Shown piece after piece: positions 1 to 13,439 of a stretch of DNA of 64,000 nt. Made by a program: the position numbers and the translations under genes. The notes beneath the pieces are model-generated. The model was not told the DNA's origin. It ran no database searches and worked only from the letters and a program-made list of their open reading frames with translations. Source of the DNA: Chrysomallon squamiferum. Its lineage: Eukaryota; Animalia; Mollusca. Every line of letters begins with the position of its first letter. Position 1 is the stretch's first letter. The stretch lies in assembly GCA_012295275.1 (NCBI GenBank), contig CM022679.1, forward strand, positions 6,200,001 to 6,264,000, in the 5' to 3' direction.

Positions 1-550
1 TGACATTTGTTTAGAAGAACATTATTTTAACCCTGACAAATTTTGTCTGGAGGTAGTCTTTGTTAATAATAAATAACACCGGTATAATAATAATAATATT
101 TATGACAAATCCTTAATCATTCACGGAGTCTGCATTGTCTTGACACTGCACAATATAGTAGATATTCTGACACATTGATATGATAAAAATTTACACAGAT
201 TTACTATCTTTTGCTTGTTTATGTTTATCACTGAATAAACCATTTGCATTTGTTTCATTCTTTCTTTCTTTTTTTCTGTCGATTAATCCTTCTTGAATGA
301 GTAACTGAGTATATAACACAAAATTTCATTACATCAACTTTCACAATAATCTATTAAAATCAGTACAGTGAAATATCAAAAATAGCAATCTGTATTAAAT
401 ACACATTGTTTTGACTTTTGAATTTTTGCTCTACCAGCAGTGTTTGTTAGGCCTGCAGAAAGACAGGCTTGTTTTCGTGTTCTTTGCTTGCTAATTATTG
501 TCATAGATATAATAAAATATCTCTGTTAGATATAGAACTAAGAAGCTTCA

Positions 551-552
551 CG

Positions 553-637
<85 letters not shown>
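551..637. repeat. (CG)5(CA)n microsatellite
   Basis: Read directly. Confidence 0.95.
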
Positions 638-639
<2 letters not shown>

Positions 640-890
640 TTTAAATAGGCCTAAATATATTTATGTTCTGTTTAAATAATCCACAAGGGTTAGTAACTTT
701 CTAAAATGTGTTAATATAATTTGATATACGCAGTTGGGTTGTTTCTGTTATAGATTGACATAAAATCTATACGATGTGTATTAAATCGTGCTGGGCTGAC
801 TTTCTCTGCACGAATTTAATATGTCTAAGGTAACGGCTGAACCGGAGGCGTATTAGATTACGGGTGCATTTAATAACCAAGCACAAGGGC

Positions 891-926
<36 letters not shown>

Positions 927-1363
927 GCGATTTACTTTTGTTTAGTTTTTGATCTTGTCAGTCTTTCATATTTAATTCTAGTATTATTTGCTTCTATGTT
1001 TAGTATCTTAGTTTTATTTCATCATAATTATTTTAATTCGCTTAATAGCAGGTAATACTTTTATTGTTATTTTAATAGAAGACAGAAATTGCAGTTGTTG
1101 TATTGTAAATAAAAATAGTACATCAGAGGCAACACACATTGGCATTATTATTATTATTATTATTATAATAAAAATAAATAAAATGCTGTATTTTCATTAT
1201 CTGAAATATAAAAACAGAAATTTATATATGTGAAATTACGGATTGTTCTTGTTTGAGTGTTGCTGTTGTAATAATTTATATTTTGTTTTTATTTTTTATC
1301 GTTTTTGTTATTACAGGTTCTTCAAAAAGTTGTATCTACGCAACTTTACAATATTAACAAGCC

Positions 1364-2959
1364 ATGGATATTGTTTTGTTATATTTTCTTATCTCGTATC
1401 TCTGGTACCCAGCATTTGGAGATGAGACCTGTCCAATGGGATGTCGGTGCCGAACTGGGAGGATACACAGCTTAGGAAAAGCGTACTGGGTATCGTGCAG
1501 TAGAAAAAACTTCCACACCATTCCAGATTTGAGTACTTTAAGATCAGTGCAACTGCCAATCCGTCTTGATCTCAGTACTAATCGAATAGACGTTGTGAAA
1601 AAGACAGATTTCCCTCCAGGATTAAACGTAGTCATGTTGATGCTGCAGTTGAATGATGGCATTCGTATGGAGGACAGTGCCTTTATTCACATGGCCGAAT
1701 CGTTGCAGTTTCTCAATCTTGAGAGAATTCATTTGCAGTTTGAAGGTCCATTTACCTTTCTGAAAGGCTTAAATAAGCTGAACAAACTGGTGATGAGTTA
1801 CAATGAACAGAACGAAAAGATTCTTCAGAGAGGATCTTTCAGCAGTTTAGAACTTATGTCTTTGGAAGAGCTTGTTTTACACAGCTGTAGCCTAGCAAAA
1901 GTATCGGATGGTGCGTTTCAGGGTCTAGATTCCTTAAAAATATTACATTTAACATCCAACCTGCTTCAAGCTGTACCAGTGGCTGTCAGACGTTTGCCTA
2001 GTCTGCGAAATCTGAAGCTTAGTTTAAACAAGATTCGAAAAATCCCAAGATCAAGTTTCGGAGGCCTTTATAAACTAGAGCATTTATTCCTAAATGACAA
2101 CGAAGATCTGACATTGGAAGATGGTGCTTTCGACGGTTTGGAGGAAACACTTCAAGAGCTCTCACTTCGCAGATGCGGATTTAAAGACATTCCAATTTCC
2201 AAGATCGCAAAATTGAAGAAGCTGAAACGTCTTTCCATTGGAGACAATCCACTGACGTCTCTTGATAAACCTTCCCTCAATGGTTCATTCTGTCTGACCG
2301 AGCTCGACGTATCTGAGTCATTTTTTCCACTAGACCCTGGAATATTTGAGGCGCAGGGCGAATGTTTGAGAGGACTAACTCTAAACAACAGGGGACTTAC
2401 CAATATCCCCTTTCAGGTTTTCAAAGGTCTAAAACATCTGGGAGAAGTCAATTTGAAAAAGAATAAAATAAAGGTTCTACCTCGAAACGCTTTCGGAGGA
2501 ACACCTGCAACATCATTGTCAGTCGCGGACAATCCACTGGTACAAATCAGACCAGGAGCGTTTGCCGATCTGAGATCATCGCTCTCATTAGGCTTGGAAA
2601 ATACAAAGTTAACAAACCTAAACTTCATTCTGGAATACGAGAAAAACAAATTTCGTGAAATATGGTTTACTGGTACAAACATTTCTTGCAGCTGCAACAT
2701 TTCTCAAATACTTGACCTTGTGGAACCGTGGACGTTGGATGGAAGCTGTTTTGCCGGCGGTGTGGAATATATTTTGAGAGATCTCGAGGCTAAATCCAAG
2801 CTGAAAGAAAACTGCACGGAAGAAGTGCAAGTAAAATACCAAACATCCTACAATGAAGATGTACGTAGGCAAGCTCAAAGCAATGTTGGTATAGCATGTG
2901 ATGTGAACCGAGGCTTTTTATTTATAAGCTATTTTATTTTTTTAATTATTATATCGTAG
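1364..2959 (+). CDS. Extracellular leucine-rich-repeat protein (signal peptide, LRRNT, ~15-16 LRRs, LRRCT, hydrophobic C-terminus, probable GPI anchor), 531 aa, intronless CDS
   Basis: 531-aa ORF with GCCATGG start context. Hydrophobic N-terminus MDIVLLYFLISYLWYPAFG, then a CPMGCRC...VSC cap, LxxLxLxxNxL repeats and an NISCSC...C...C cap. Ends FLFISYFIFLIIIS* with no cytoplasmic tail. A splice acceptor (ttttgttattacag, AG 1315-1316) implies an upstream 5'UTR exon. Confidence 0.93.
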   Translation: MDIVLLYFLISYLWYPAFGDETCPMGCRCRTGRIHSLGKAYWVSCSRKNFHTIPDLSTLRSVQLPIRLDLSTNRIDVVKKTDFPPGLNVVMLMLQLNDGIRMEDSAFIHMAESLQFLNLERIHLQFEGPFTFLKGLNKLNKLVMSYNEQNEKILQRGSFSSLELMSLEELVLHSCSLAKVSDGAFQGLDSLKILHLTSNLLQAVPVAVRRLPSLRNLKLSLNKIRKIPRSSFGGLYKLEHLFLNDNEDLTLEDGAFDGLEETLQELSLRRCGFKDIPISKIAKLKKLKRLSIGDNPLTSLDKPSLNGSFCLTELDVSESFFPLDPGIFEAQGECLRGLTLNNRGLTNIPFQVFKGLKHLGEVNLKKNKIKVLPRNAFGGTPATSLSVADNPLVQIRPGAFADLRSSLSLGLENTKLTNLNFILEYEKNKFREIWFTGTNISCSCNISQILDLVEPWTLDGSCFAGGVEYILRDLEAKSKLKENCTEEVQVKYQTSYNEDVRRQAQSNVGIACDVNRGFLFISYFIFLIIIS

Positions 2960-3551
2960 ATAATTATTATGAGATACATAAATTGTGGAATATTATTATT
3001 ATATGATGATGATAATAAAGATAATGTCAGCTTATGTAGAATTTCAAATGTAAGTAATTCAGCCAGCCGTATTACAAGCGCTGTATAGAAAATATAAAGT
3101 ATACCACATGCCAGTAGTAAAGGAACATTTCCGATAAAATGTCAAAACACGTAATACTGTTATCGACAAAAAAATTAATCAGTTTGATAAATACTTTAAA
3201 ATAGAAAAATAGGTGATAAACACCAAATCCATAAGCTCACTGTTTCTACATAAATTATAACTTTTATTTCAGAATTGTTTAATATATAAAGGCTTTTCGG
3301 CGTCAATATTAGTTTCAACAATAATTTTATAGTTAGACAGTACTCTGTTCAGATTAATTTTGGCTTAAATTTACTACAAGTTATTATTCATTCATTAAAT
3401 GAAAATCTTAAACGTACAAAAGAATATTATTCATGAATATTTATGACAACGTATCTATTAATTTGCATTTTATTCAACATGTTTTCTTTAAATCAGCTCT
3501 TTACACTGATTTTGAAACAGTTTCGCTCATTGGTTGCTTAATATTTTCAAG

Positions 3552-3583
<32 letters not shown>

Positions 3584-4083
3584 GTGAGACCAAAATAATA
3601 AGAGGAAAAAAAATAAAAATAGAAAATAAAAAATAGTAATAATAATAATCATAAAACGGTGATGGAGAATGTATCTGGTATTACCTTCAACTCACAAGCT
3701 TTTAAACTTAAAAGATTCGATTTCTTTATTTTTATAATAATTTTTCGCCTCAACGTTTGAAATAAAACTAGGTGACCACACTGGAAATTTATTTGCTACG
3801 AATATAAAACTAATTATTTCTGTCAAGTAAATGTATTTATTACTTATTTATTTATTATTTTTTTTTAAACATTTTTTTTTTTTACCTTCTTCTTTGGTGT
3901 ATCATCTAGTATTTACGTTATTAAATGAATGCGCATTTGGCTCATTTAATTTTTAATAATCAGATGTTGGTTTTTTATGTATTACAGAAAGGAAAAGAAA
4001 TAATAGGCTAATTATTATTATAATATAAAAAAATCCATTGTTGGGCTGTTCAATGATTAAAAGCAATTAATACATCTTGAATG

Positions 4084-4162
4084 GAACGGGAATTTAGTTA
4101 GGGCGATTGAACCTTCGAACTACTACGCACCGCCCGTACGCTCTATCCACTGAGCTAACGCC
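4084..4162 (-). mobile_element. tRNA-derived SINE head remnant
   Basis: Minus strand reads GGCGTTAGCTCAGTGGATAGAGCG...GGTTCAATCGCC (Pol III A and B boxes) but has no complete cloverleaf; followed by CCCGTTCCA as in the copy near 60140. Confidence 0.6.
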
Positions 4163-5918
4163 ATTTAATAATATATGTACTGAAATTGTTTATTTATTAA
4201 TTTTATTTTATTTTTTTTAATTTATTTATGTTTTTATTTTTTTTTCCCTCTGTTCTCTGGTGTACCAACACTTAAAAGAAAAAAAGCATGTTTAAATTAA
4301 AAAAAAGAAGGAAAAATGTGCCAGTAAGAACTAAACATTTCTAAGCAGGAATGTAAAAATAATGACTTTCAGAAATGTATTTATAACGATTATTTTTCTA
4401 AGATGTAGAGGACGGATTTAAATGTTTCTAAACATGAAGGAAACTTAATGCTATGACTTCATCTCCATTGTTTCTACTTTTTATCGTTTCAGTTTTTACT
4501 CTTCTTTTGAAAAATATATTTATTTTTCCTTATTTGTTTTATTTTTAGACTGTGGGTCTGTTATTTTGTTGTACTTTTGTTTTATTTTGTTTAGACTTGT
4601 TCTTTTGTTTTGTTTTCAATTTAGACTGGCTAACATTAATAATGTTGCCATTTTGTTGATCGTTTTATTTTTATTTTTTAAAAATATTTTGTTGTTCAGT
4701 ATACACAAATATTAATGTTTTCATTTTAACCTATATATATGTGTGTGTGTGTGTGCGTGTGTGTATCTTTGTATAAATTTACATAATTCGTTTTTATATT
4801 TACTTTCATCTATAATAATTTTTGTTCACAGATAATATTATTTTCATATTCCGGTGTTAGTAACAGGTTTTATTTTTATAAAAACATTTATTTTAGACTG
4901 CACGTTTTTAATGCTTCTTGTTCCAGGATTTTTAAACTGAATGGATTTCTTCCGTTCTTCTTATATTGCGGATATGATTTGTTTCTTTTCATTTCTCTCT
5001 TCTTTTCTGTAATTTCGCATAATAAAATACAGTATACGTTAAAAACCAACAAAAAAAACCAATTAAAAACCTATACCGACATTTTGATTATTTTAATTTT
5101 CACAATGAAATTGCTCATTTTATTTTAACATATCATTTTTCACATTGTTGACACTGCCACCATACTTCAGTAATTGTTTGTATGGTCTCCGAATTACTCA
5201 AATCAGTATACGAAATCTATAAATAGTTTTAACGATTTCATATACAGTGTTTTGATAATAATTTTTAATATAAACTTTCAAAATGAATAATATTTTATTA
5301 TTTATGTTTCTACATATTAATATTACTGGACTGGGACCTTGTGGTCTTATTTGCAATCGTATTCAGTGATTGTTTTTAAAATATTTTTTAATATCTTTTT
5401 TTTATATATGTATCGTAGTAAAGATTAGATTATTTCATAGGTTAAAAACACATTCTGTTTTCGCACTTACGGCATACATACATAATGTCAGCTTTAACAA
5501 CTGTATGTTTCTTTAAGGACCATCTTTTATCTTATTGTAATTAAGTTATCACACAGACAATGAAAGTTAATACACTGTTTTGTTAATCATATTACCAGCA
5601 CATCAATATTATATTTGCCATATTGTTCGATGGATATTTTTGTCTTTCTGTCAGTTTAATGTAGATTCTACAAGAAGACTGAAACTTGATATTCTTAGTG
5701 GATTTCAGATTAGTTGCCGTGATAGGATAGACTCGTATGTACAGGGTTTGTCGCTTTATTTAGAAGTATCTTGTACTACTGTGACCACATTCCTTTATCG
5801 GTCTACCTATCTTTATGTACCAGTTCATCTATTTATGTGTATTTATCTATATATCTATATCTGTTCAAGTAGTGTTTATTAAAACACATGCGCAAGCATA
5901 TACACACACTCACCGACA

Positions 5919-5921
<3 letters not shown>

Positions 5922-6011
<90 letters not shown>
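5922..6011. repeat. (CT)n microsatellite
   Basis: Read directly. Confidence 0.95.
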
Positions 6012-6015
<4 letters not shown>

Positions 6016-6390
6016 ATTCTCAGTCTAAGCCTTTCACCATTAACTAGCTTATAACAGGCTTTGAAGTACAGAGACATGTGCTTTAACTGTTGTTCAGAGG
6101 AATTTAACTGCGATTATATGCTTAAGTTTATATAAATTATTTGTGTATTTAGAATAGGCATTCTGCATTTTTTGAAAAACAACAACAAAACAACAACAAC
6201 AAACTGTTTTGTTTGGAAAGAAGGATTGTTTTGTGTAGCTTTTTAATGTGAATTTGAATTCTGAATTAGGATTTCCACTGCTTCTGTAATACAACTGTGT
6301 CTGTATATGCATAAACGCGTACACAATCCTCCACTTGCCTGCGACAATCAACATTCCTGTAGGGATTGGCATAGAGTTTCTATTTCATAG

Positions 6391-6432
<42 letters not shown>

Positions 6433-6554
6433 GGGGCTTTATGTTTTCAAGTTTATATATATTTATTTACAATACAGATATGTAAACATATTAAAGGAAT
6501 ATTTAGCTATGGTCCTTTTTATTAATTGCTGGATCAATCGATATGTCTCTCGCG

Positions 6555-6587
<33 letters not shown>

Positions 6588-6966
6588 TCATATTGCTTTT
6601 AATATACTGTTAATAGTGGAAATCCTAGAAGTTAATTTAGTTTTAGATTACTAAATAAAACAAATAACTCGCAACATTTGTCAGTCTGAATCAATGTAAA
6701 CGTTTGAAAAGTATTAGCTGTAATAAACATTTACACAAATGCTGGCTTGTTTGTTTTCAAATAATTCAAAACATATTTCATACGAGTATTTCTCGAAGCA
6801 TCGTTCAAGTCAAGAAATGGGATATCTAATCTCTGCAAACGACCTGGGAGCAGCAGACGAAACTATTGCTGATGTCTGCACAGGGCGGGTCCAATATTTC
6901 AGAAAATGGGGAACAAATCGTTGTCGAGTATACAATTTTACCATGAAATGAGTTCCATTACAAAGT

Positions 6967-6967
<1 letters not shown>

Positions 6968-7008
<41 letters not shown>

Positions 7009-7027
7009 TATTATTATTATTATTATT
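6968..7027. repeat. (AAT)n abutting (TAT)n, self-complementary microsatellite
   Basis: Read directly. Confidence 0.9.
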
Positions 7028-8724
7028 CGGACCAAAAAGAAAGAATAAAAGAAGAGACTGCTCACATATTTACATTCATGTACATGGTTCACTTAGGTCC
7101 TGCTAAAGCTTTACAATGTAGATATTATTTAGATTTAATAAACAAACAAAAAAAAAAAAAAAAAAAAAAGAGAAAAATAAAAGAATAAACTATTTTACTT
7201 TATGTGTGTGTTTGTGTTATTTTATATATCATCCACAGTTACTGGCACAGAACTGGAGAAAATCGCGTGCAACAATCGACATTACTTTTTTTTTTAACTC
7301 AGTTAGCTCAGCCTGGAAGCCCGACGTTTTCTGTCTATAATAATGTAATCACTATTATTTGTGAGCCTGTACTCTGTTTTTATTATTGATCTTTCATATG
7401 TTAAGCAACATAAATCACCATAAAAATAATAACGTAATTCTTTATTTCCTGTTTGCGATAGAGTTCTATCTAGCTCTGGTACTCAGTTTGTACACCTCGG
7501 AAGGATCCCTGGGTGGCAGGAAATCAGGGTTTTTAAAGTGTCTAATGGTGCATCATTAATCTCCGCGATCCAACAGTCTTTGCTTGGTGAAAGATGCCAT
7601 GATTAATCTAAATACAGAAAGTGTCTATCTACAATGAAGAAATGCTCAGTTTTGTCCATTAATGTGTACTTTTGTAAGATTTAATGTGCACACATTTATT
7701 CTCATGAAATTCTGTATGCATAAATATCGACAATGACTATTATAAATTGTATTAACTGTGGTTAGCGTATCACTCATGTCACAATACTAAGTAACAAAAC
7801 AAGTATCAAGTCCTAAGACTCAAAAACCACAAACTTTTGATAAATTTGGGAAATAAAAATTCAAATTGCATGCCTTTATACCTATCCATTTTATATAAAA
7901 TAAAATTACGAAAAACTGTAATATCATTGTTGTTGTTATTGTTTTAAAGGTGCCTTTTGCGTGCTGAATTGAATGTTTTATTGGTGTAATATCGGACAAA
8001 TAAATTTTACATGATGATAAACTAATGAGTATTGAGAGACCAAGTGTGCCATTATTATATTTCTCATTACTCGAAATTCTTTGTTTTTCCATCAACATTT
8101 ATTTTCAATATGAGTAAGCGGGCATGAGTCAGTATAGTAATAGTTGTTTGTACAATTCTCGTTTTGTTACGGCTGAATTAGCGAATATATCGTTTTTGTG
8201 TGTTCGTTTTTTCAAGTTAGACCACGCGTTTCAAAGAATGCGGTTTATATAGTCTTGTCTGAGGAAAAGTATTTATTCTCTCTCACTGGACAATGCGTCA
8301 TATTTTTTACACTTATTATTAATGACTATGTATATTCAATTAAAATATCCGTTGATTTATTCGTGTTAAAAGAAAAAGAAACATAAGAAAAGACACGGAA
8401 GAGAGACAATAATTTGAGAAGAACGTCCTAATTTAATGATCTTCAGAGATCTGTTAATCGTGTTGTATAGTGAACGGTAATGCTTTCTTCAGGCGAGCCA
8501 GACATAATCGATTCCAAGCTGGCTTAAGAATATTCTATCAAAACCTGTCAATACTGGCGGCCTTTATGTCTGGATACGATAGTTTGTCAATTATAAAAGA
8601 AAATTAATACTGTTAGTAAGCCTACAAAATATAGCAGCAGCATAAGAAGTATTAAAATTGATGTCTCGCCGAATAGCCTCACTATAAAAATGATATCGTT
8701 AATATTATTAGTACTTGTAGAAAT

Positions 8725-8771
<47 letters not shown>

Positions 8772-10043
8772 CAACAACAATAACATTCATGTATATATTG
8801 ATCAAGTTTGATTCAGTGTGTTTGAACTACAAACTGTTATAGTATTTCTGTAACTGCTAACTTGGACCATTCCATTTTGAGCTCTGTATTATTTATTTAT
8901 CATTATCTGAAACATTTTGTTTCTTTTTTAATATGATATTGCATAAAAAAAAATTAAAAAATGATAATAAATAAATAAATAAATAAAATGAAATAAAATA
9001 AAATAAGTATGTAAGTAATTTTTTAAATAAATAATAACATAAAATATATAATTTCAGTTGTGAAAATAAAGAAATGATAAAGGAGACTCAAATACTAATA
9101 CCAATTTACAAGCCTGTTATCCCTGATTTATAGAAAATCAGTTGTTAATTAGTACAGCAATATAATGTGGAAACAGATATCTGGTATATAAAACAGATGT
9201 GACACACATATAAGATTAAATAGTACAGAGAACTAGGTAACTAGATGTCACATATTCTGAATAAAATTAATTAAACAGGGAATCACAAAGTCCCAAAATG
9301 AAAATATCCAGATTAATTTGAGAACTAACCGAGTTAAAAAAAAAAAGTAATATCATTTGTTGCATTCAGCTTTCTCCAGTATTGTGCCAATAATTCTGGA
9401 TGATATATAAAATAATAAAGACACAAAGACACAAACACACACACTTTGTTCTATTTTTGATTAAATCAATATTATTTTTACTATGTAAAGATGGGAGCAC
9501 ACACTTGTTTTTCACTTTTTATAATAATAATAAGGTTCCTACACCAGCTTATAACAATTTATAGGCGAGGTAGTTTAAATAGTTTGGTTAAATCATATTA
9601 CACACAATTATTTGTTCAACTTAGTAATTGTATTAATCATTTTTCTTTAATATTTATGCAATTTTTAAGATATTAATGGCTAATATTATTTAAATTAAAA
9701 TCTACTTTTAAGTTTGGTTAATTTATTTGATTAATTTCCCAATTTAAATCAGTTTTATGCTAACAATGATATCTGATAATAATATAAAATGTCTGCAATG
9801 AAAATAAACAAGAAGACTTCCATTTTGCTTCCTTGCTTGATATTTGTGTTCTGAAGATTTAGAAGCTCAGAATACTGCAGCCTTTCAACAATAAATTCAT
9901 TTCAAAAATGGACAAAAGAAAACTGAAAACTATGCAAATGTATAAAATATAATTTTAATATATACAAAGAGTTTAGTGTAAATTAAGAATCATTCAGTGT
10001 ACTTTCAGACCCATTCACACCAGACTCAATTGTAATGGATATG

Positions 10044-10113
10044 TCAGGAAAGATCCATGCTGGTTTCTCCTCGCCTTTCTCCAGCAATGTGAGATAGCAC
10101 CATCTGCATCAAT
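10044..10113 (-). CDS. INTS15: INTS15 terminal coding exon (LMQMVLSHIAGERRGETSMDLS*)
   Basis: Acceptor actgcag; in frame to TGA at 10046-10044. Confidence 0.82.
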
Positions 10114-13100
10114 CTGCAGTTTAGAGAAATGTCCAGTTAACAACAATAATGGGTATATTTTTACATAAATGTATTTTAAAAAGCTAAGGATTAAAGTATG
10201 TATTAAATTTAGATTAATGTTGTCAGGTTTTAGTGTAAAAATTTGTAATTAACCAAAAAATGTAATTAATGTACATACCTGTTTGGAGGTAAATTTGTCT
10301 GTATCAAAGATCTGAATGTCTGAAATTTACCTGAAATGGGATATTGAAAAAAAGTGAAAAAAAAAAAAATAAAAAAAAAAAAAAAAATAATAATAACAAT
10401 AAAATAACTGAATCCAATAAAAATAAAATTCATATGAAAAACTAAAGAATAAAAGCATTTTAAATATTATCAGGGGAGATAATAAAGCATATCTAAAACA
10501 TATTAAAATGATAATTTCATGTACAATCCATCAGGATGGCTCACAAAATCTGTCAATAAGAAGTAAAATTTTGTTATCTCAAATAATACAGAAAAATTAA
10601 ATGGTTTTATATCCTCTAACAGCTATTTTTTTAAAATTACTTTAAAAGCTATAACTGATTTTTAATCCGAAGTGCAATCTAATTACAAAATGAACCATGA
10701 GTGAACTAAATTAACATAAAAAAACTAAATACTCACTTGGTTCCATTCTCAAACAACCATTAACAACAGCAACTTGCATAACCTGCGCTGTCCTTTCAAG
10801 GGCAACATGAACATAAGTGTCATCTTCTGATAGCTTGCCCATTTTATAGATAAATATTAATGAATTAACAATACTATACAAATCTGCTACTCTCAGCAGA
10901 TACTGGGACATATGGTTGTTCTCACAAAACTCCAGGCTCTGTAACAATCCTAGATGTAACCTAGACAACACTGTAAGTGCTTTTGTCAGTTTGGACTGGG
11001 AGAAGGATGGGTGGTTGATACTCATAAGTCTTTGAGCTACAACAGGACCTCTGATGCACCATCCTGTGAGTCCAGGGATTGGGGAGGAATAGGTGTTGTG
11101 TATGCTGATCTGTCGCACGGACTCACAACAGAGAGTGCAGTCTTGATTGATCCATTCAGTGACATGTTCTAGTAACACACATGGAGGTACACTGTTTTCA
11201 TCTGAAGAAGAACAGAAATGAAACAATTCAGTAAATATAATACTTAACAATTTTTTAAACAGTGGTCATCTGAAGTATCAAAATTCTTCAGAAAAATCAA
11301 TGAAAACGAATTATAAAGTATTAACAACTGTATGCATTAAAGGGTTTGTTGAATATCCTGATAATGGTTATGTCATTTTTTTAGGTCGTTAGGTCTCACA
11401 TATATGTCTTTGTTTCACCATGATATATATAGTGACCTTTTGACCTATTCTCATCAATCAGAGAGAAAATATATTTTATGTGGATTTTAAAAAGAAAATT
11501 ACACAAACTAGTTTTTGCCTCAGACTGAGAAAGAAAACTGAGAATATATTTTGTTAAATGAAAAAAAAATATTTGTTTTATAAATCTTTCATCAAACTGG
11601 TTATTGACAATCTTCCTTTTTCCTTTTTTTTTTAAGCACATTTTTCAAAATTTAAATCTATTTCTATTTCAATCATTAAAATACATTTTAGTCTTACCAA
11701 AAAATGTGAATGCTGTTGTCACAGAGGTGATGAAATTACAGACAAATAAGGGTGAGGTTGATGGGAGTCTGACAAGAACTTGTGATGGGTCAGGAAAGAG
11801 AAGACAGTAATCATCAACTAGTCGCTTTGTCAGTGCTAAAACTGGTGTTGAGTCGGCACCTCGCTCCTGAAATCAAATAATCAGTTAACTTTCAAAAATG
11901 AAAATGAGAAGGAAACATTTTAAACAATAATGTACTAATGATAAAAGACATTAAAATAAATAAATGTATTTAAATAAATTGGAAAACTGTATTTCAAGTA
12001 AATGGCAATCAAACAAATACTGCAGTATATCAATATATAAAGTGAACTAATAGTGACAGCAGCTTAAAAGAAATAAACCATTAGCTTAAGGACAAAAGCA
12101 TATTAGTAACCATAATGAAGTATCTAAGTGTCCAACAACAGAAGAAACAGTTATCTGTTCCCCAATAATAAAAACAATGTTCATAAATTACAAATTCTAA
12201 GTATGACCAGTAAATGAAAATATGAAAGAATGGTTGTTGCTTATTTTTTCCTAAGACAAACAGGAACTGAAGGAGTCTGCAGTTATTACAAAAACAATTT
12301 TGTTCTTAAAAATTATTAGATACTTAAATTTAAAAAAGCCTATTTAACAAGTTACACTAGTTTCTCTGATAATAGTAAAGTAAAACTTTTAATCTAAGTC
12401 TAAGATGCTTATCTTTAACTATGATTGTAGTATTTATTTTTTCCTAAAAGATCAAATTAGAAAAACTAATGAAATACCTGCATCCAGATGGCAGCACAGT
12501 CTAACACTGGACTACAACTCACAGATAAAGCCATCGACACCAGTTTAATAAATAGTGAGTGCGTATGATTATCTCCCCTCCCTCCGAAGATAAGATTGAA
12601 GATCTGATATTTAGTTTTTGTGGGTGCTTCTTTGAAACATGTACACAACATCTCCAATAACTGCAGTTCATGAACAGCATTGAGAGTCTGAAATAGAAAC
12701 ACTTTCACTTTTTAATGTAGTGCTCAACTGCAAACCAAAAAAGCAGATAAGTATTTAAAATTTAGATGTACTAGTAAAAAGAAATTATTATTCACTTTTA
12801 TGATGATGATTTCATTTTTTTGTTCAAATGGATATTCAATTATTTTGGATCATTAATGCACAGTTGATATACAAAGTAAACAAGAAAAAGTATATTCTTT
12901 TAAAAGTTTTTACTTAGAAGTTTCTGTCTGAAGTGAAAATCAAAAAGTGAGTAATTACAAAACATATTTTAGATAATTGTTAACAAAATAAGTACTTCAA
13001 GAGTTGTCAGAAAGATAAAATGTAAATATGACATATACATCAGTGTTTATGATTTTATCATAATGAATGACAGGGTCCTACTTATGACAGCAAATTAATA

Positions 13101-13439
13101 TTCAGCATGTATAGAATACATTTTTATTGTTCACATATTCTAAATGGTAAATATATATAAATACATATTACATTTCTTTCAGAATTTGAAATGCTTATAC
13201 CATGAACTAATGACACACACTAAATTTTGAAATGTAAAGCAAACCTTTTGTACTCCACTTCTGCTTCTGAAAAGAATATATTCCTGACAGACTTCCTTCG
13301 CATAATTTCCTGATCCTTCACCTAAGCCAGGAATAGCAGCACCCTCTTGTGACGAGAAACAAGACACAAGGTACTTCAAAGCATCCTGAGTACATTTTGG
13401 GTAGTCAACATTCTGCAAATGCACCAAAATATTTGCCAT
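10044..13439 (-). CDS. INTS15: Integrator complex subunit 15 (C7orf26 family), 386 aa; complement(join(13439-13245,12687-12478,11866-11698,11201-10737,10330-10279,10113-10044))
   Basis: Six exons with GT-AG boundaries join in frame (1161 nt, phases 0,0,1,1,2). Recognised C7orf26 motifs: LNAVHELQLLEMLC, KLVSMALSVSCSPVLDCAAIWMQ, LVDDYCLLFP, FITSVT, PPCVLLEHVTEWI, SPIPGLTGWC, LHLGLLQSL, ALERTAQVMQVA, LPPNRLMQMVL. Confidence 0.92.
10279..10330 (-). CDS. INTS15: INTS15 coding exon 5 (SKFQTFRSLIQTNLPPNR)
   Basis: Acceptor catttcag, donor AG|gtatgt; 52 nt restores the frame. Confidence 0.85.
10737..11201 (-). CDS. INTS15: INTS15 coding exon 4 (DENSVPP...LRMEP)
   Basis: Acceptor ttcttcttcag, donor A|gtgagt; 465 nt; lies within ORF 10711-11250. 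Confidence 0.9.
11698..11866 (-). CDS. INTS15: INTS15 coding exon 3 (ERGADSTPVL...LVDDYCLLFP...FITSVTTAFTFF)
   Basis: Acceptor tttcag, donor G|gtaag; 169 nt; not in the ORF track on this strand. Confidence 0.9.
12478..12687 (-). CDS. INTS15: INTS15 coding exon 2 (TLNAVHELQLL...AAIWMQ)
   Basis: Acceptor tttcag, donor CAG|gtattt; 210 nt; conserved motifs. Confidence 0.92.
13245..13439 (-). CDS. INTS15: INTS15 coding exon 1 (MANILVHL...SGVQK)
   Basis: ATG at 13439 just after acceptor tttcag|ctc; donor AAG|gtttg; 195 nt. Confidence 0.85.

Noticed and set aside
1354-2878. Antisense ORFs within the LRR gene (1354-1662, 2152-2403, 2413-2700, 2618-2878)
   Set aside because: Shadows of the coding strand with no independent motifs.
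4084-4162. Functional tRNA gene
   Set aside because: A and B boxes are present, but I could not form acceptor or anticodon stems; it fits a SINE head better.
6780-7620. GC-richer patches at 6790-6930 and 7490-7610 as possible exons
   Set aside because: Stops near candidate splice sites and no recognisable peptide; CAGGGCGGGTCCAATATTTC looks more like a transposon-end remnant.
11202-11271. Upstream acceptor (11270) or TTG start for INTS15 exon 4, giving an in-frame TGA (selenocysteine or readthrough idea)
   Set aside because: The acceptor at 11203-11202 joins exon 3 in frame and matches the homologous spacing, so no recoding is needed.
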